DNA of 64,000 nucleotides from Candidatus Bathyarchaeota archaeon (GTDB lineage Archaea; Thermoproteota; Bathyarchaeia; Bathyarchaeales; Bathycorpusculaceae): NCBI GenBank assembly GCA_963767735.1, contig CAVYES010000004.1, positions 224,001 to 288,000 of the forward strand, read 5' to 3'. Shown piece by piece: positions 62,428 to 64,000 of this stretch (position 1 is its first letter; each line of letters starts with the position of its first letter). The notes under the pieces were generated by a model. It saw only the letters and a program-made list of their open reading frames with translations, ran no database searches and was not told where the DNA came from. The position numbers and the translations under genes were made by a program.

Positions 62428-62641
62428 TTTCTTTTTTTTTCTGTTACCATTTGTCATAATCATGTTTTTTGTGTATTCAAAACTTTTATCGACGAACTAT
62501 TTGGGGAATAACAGCGACTGTTTTTCGAAGTTTTTTCCTCCTAAAAAACCTATGTGCCTTATTTTAACTTGAAAAACCCGAAATGCTATGTTACAGAAGT
62601 AAGAATATCTACACTCAACAACTGTTGGAACTAAAATCTTG

Positions 62642-63829
62642 TCAGGATATTCTTGTGTGGATTTCCACTATATCTCCGTCTTCTAAGATGAAACCTAAAC
62701 CCACTTTCTTTGGGCTGAACGGCAAACGCTTAGCCCACACCATAGCGAACATGAAATTCTGAAGCATCTCCTTGTGAATATTTTTCGCCAAGTCGTTTAC
62801 TGTTGCTCCATGCTTTAAAACAAACGGGTGACCAGTGTCTTCCCTGGAGCCAGGATCCTTGGTGTAAACGCGGACAACATTTAAGCTTTCTAAAAGCGCA
62901 CGCCCCAACTCGTTAATTCCGGTTTTTTGTTCACATGACATAGCAACAATGGGTAACCGTCCATTCACGTACTGTTTTAAAAGCTTCAGGTTCGCCTCAG
63001 TACCTTTCAAATCCAGCTTGTTTGCTACAATCACCGCTGGCTTGTAGGTTGTGGTTTCAAAAATCGCGTCCTCCACATCATCAAGCCGTATCTCACCGCT
63101 AATTCTCACTATGGCATCGGTTATTTTGTAGCTGCGAAGCAAATCCTCAACATCCTGCATTGAGCAATCTAAAAGTTTACCGACAAGGATAATGCGCAAA
63201 GCTGCACCAGCGTGACGGCGGTCAATATCCACCTTTCCGCTTGGCTTACTTACGAGCACACGACTTTTCTCTAACTCAGCTAAAATCAGTTCCAACTGCT
63301 CAATCGGGTCACGAGACAAATCAACCATCAAAATAACGCCGTCAGCATTCCGCGCTAAACCAAGCGTAACATGGCCCGCTGCACGTCCATCCGCGCTGCC
63401 CTCCATTACCGCTGGGGCTTCAACAATCTGGAACTGCACATGTCCATAACTCATTATGCCCGGCACCGGCTCGTGGGTGCTGTATGGCGTCGGCGTAACT
63501 ATCACTTTTGAGTTTGTTGTGGCGGTCATTAGGCAGCTTTTGCCCACGTTGGTCATGCCGATTAACGCTATCTGCGCTGAACCCTCCTTTTCGATAAAAA
63601 GCTTCGGTCCGCCGCTGCTCTTGCCCGTGCCCATGCGCTTCTTCTTGTCCAAATCAGCGCGGATAAGAGAAATTTTCCTGTTCATTTCGCCACGTAGTTT
63701 CATAGTGCCTTTGTGGTGTGGAACATACTTTAGGAACTCAATCATAGCATCCATTTTTTCTTTAGGCGTATGGGCAGCTTCAACTAGCTCCCACTTATCC
63801 ATTGCTTCAGGCGGCAAATTCGTCGGCAT
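62642..63829 (-). CDS. DRG/OBG-family GTPase with TGS domain
   Basis: MPTNLP, GMTNVGKS, ANKLD, RVYTK, LEDGDIVEIH. Confidence 0.92.
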   Translation of the reverse strand: MPTNLPPEAMDKWELVEAAHTPKEKMDAMIEFLKYVPHHKGTMKLRGEMNRKISLIRADLDKKKRMGTGKSSGGPKLFIEKEGSAQIALIGMTNVGKSCLMTATTNSKVIVTPTPYSTHEPVPGIMSYGHVQFQIVEAPAVMEGSADGRAAGHVTLGLARNADGVILMVDLSRDPIEQLELILAELEKSRVLVSKPSGKVDIDRRHAGAALRIILVGKLLDCSMQDVEDLLRSYKITDAIVRISGEIRLDDVEDAIFETTTYKPAVIVANKLDLKGTEANLKLLKQYVNGRLPIVAMSCEQKTGINELGRALLESLNVVRVYTKDPGSREDTGHPFVLKHGATVNDLAKNIHKEMLQNFMFAMVWAKRLPFSPKKVGLGFILEDGDIVEIHTRIS

Positions 63830-64000
63830 ACAAACTACGCAAATACTATCCGCAAATCAACTTTAAGACTATTTCCGTATTCCCCAAGTCAGAAATAAGG
63901 CAAAAACCCCAAACCGAAACGTTTAAGCTAAGTCAACAGGACGGTGAAAAGCATGAGTAGCCGAAAAGCCCTTTTTGAGAAGCGGATTCTTGCATACCAA

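Noticed and set aside
1293-63866. Many short antisense or nested ORFs in the track (e.g. 1293..1559, 18674..19174, 46149..46529, 63456..63866)
   Set aside because: They are shadows of well-supported genes on the other strand or frame

Overview
Archaeal chromosome segment, most likely Bathyarchaeia (inferred from archaeal-type S12/S7, PheS/PheT, TrpRS, type II Map, Mch, 5S rRNA, tRNA-Ile and expanded small wHTH and secreted-protein families). Housekeeping blocks (14.5-24.8 kb, 41-64 kb) alternate with two accessory regions. Region A (1-14.5 kb) has a GC-rich pair of large uncharacterised genes. It then has a two-gene operon: a gasdermin-like pore former (5370-6182) and a trypsin-like protease-STAND NTPase-TPR protein with near-identical 120-bp repeats. 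This looks like a minimal archaeal inflammasome/pyroptosis-like defence system, and the gasdermin lacks the cysteine that bacterial gasdermins palmitoylate. Region A ends with possible mobile-element remnants next to tRNA-Ile. Region B (~24.9-41.0 kb) is AT-rich and ends in a decayed tyrosine integrase. It contains an array of small genes each behind a copy of one promoter motif, two IS elements inserted in GC palindromes, a divergent pair of paralogous RHH-like genes flanking three tandem repeats, repeated wHTH/Zn-finger modules and a 3-copy dispersed repeat. Also notable are three paralogous nucleotidyltransferases near citG-mch, a cluster of unannotated Cys-rich microproteins, and three apparent ACG start codons. 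Several single-base frameshifts, including one in essential pheT, suggest assembly indel errors. All family assignments are by eye from remembered motifs; no searches were run.
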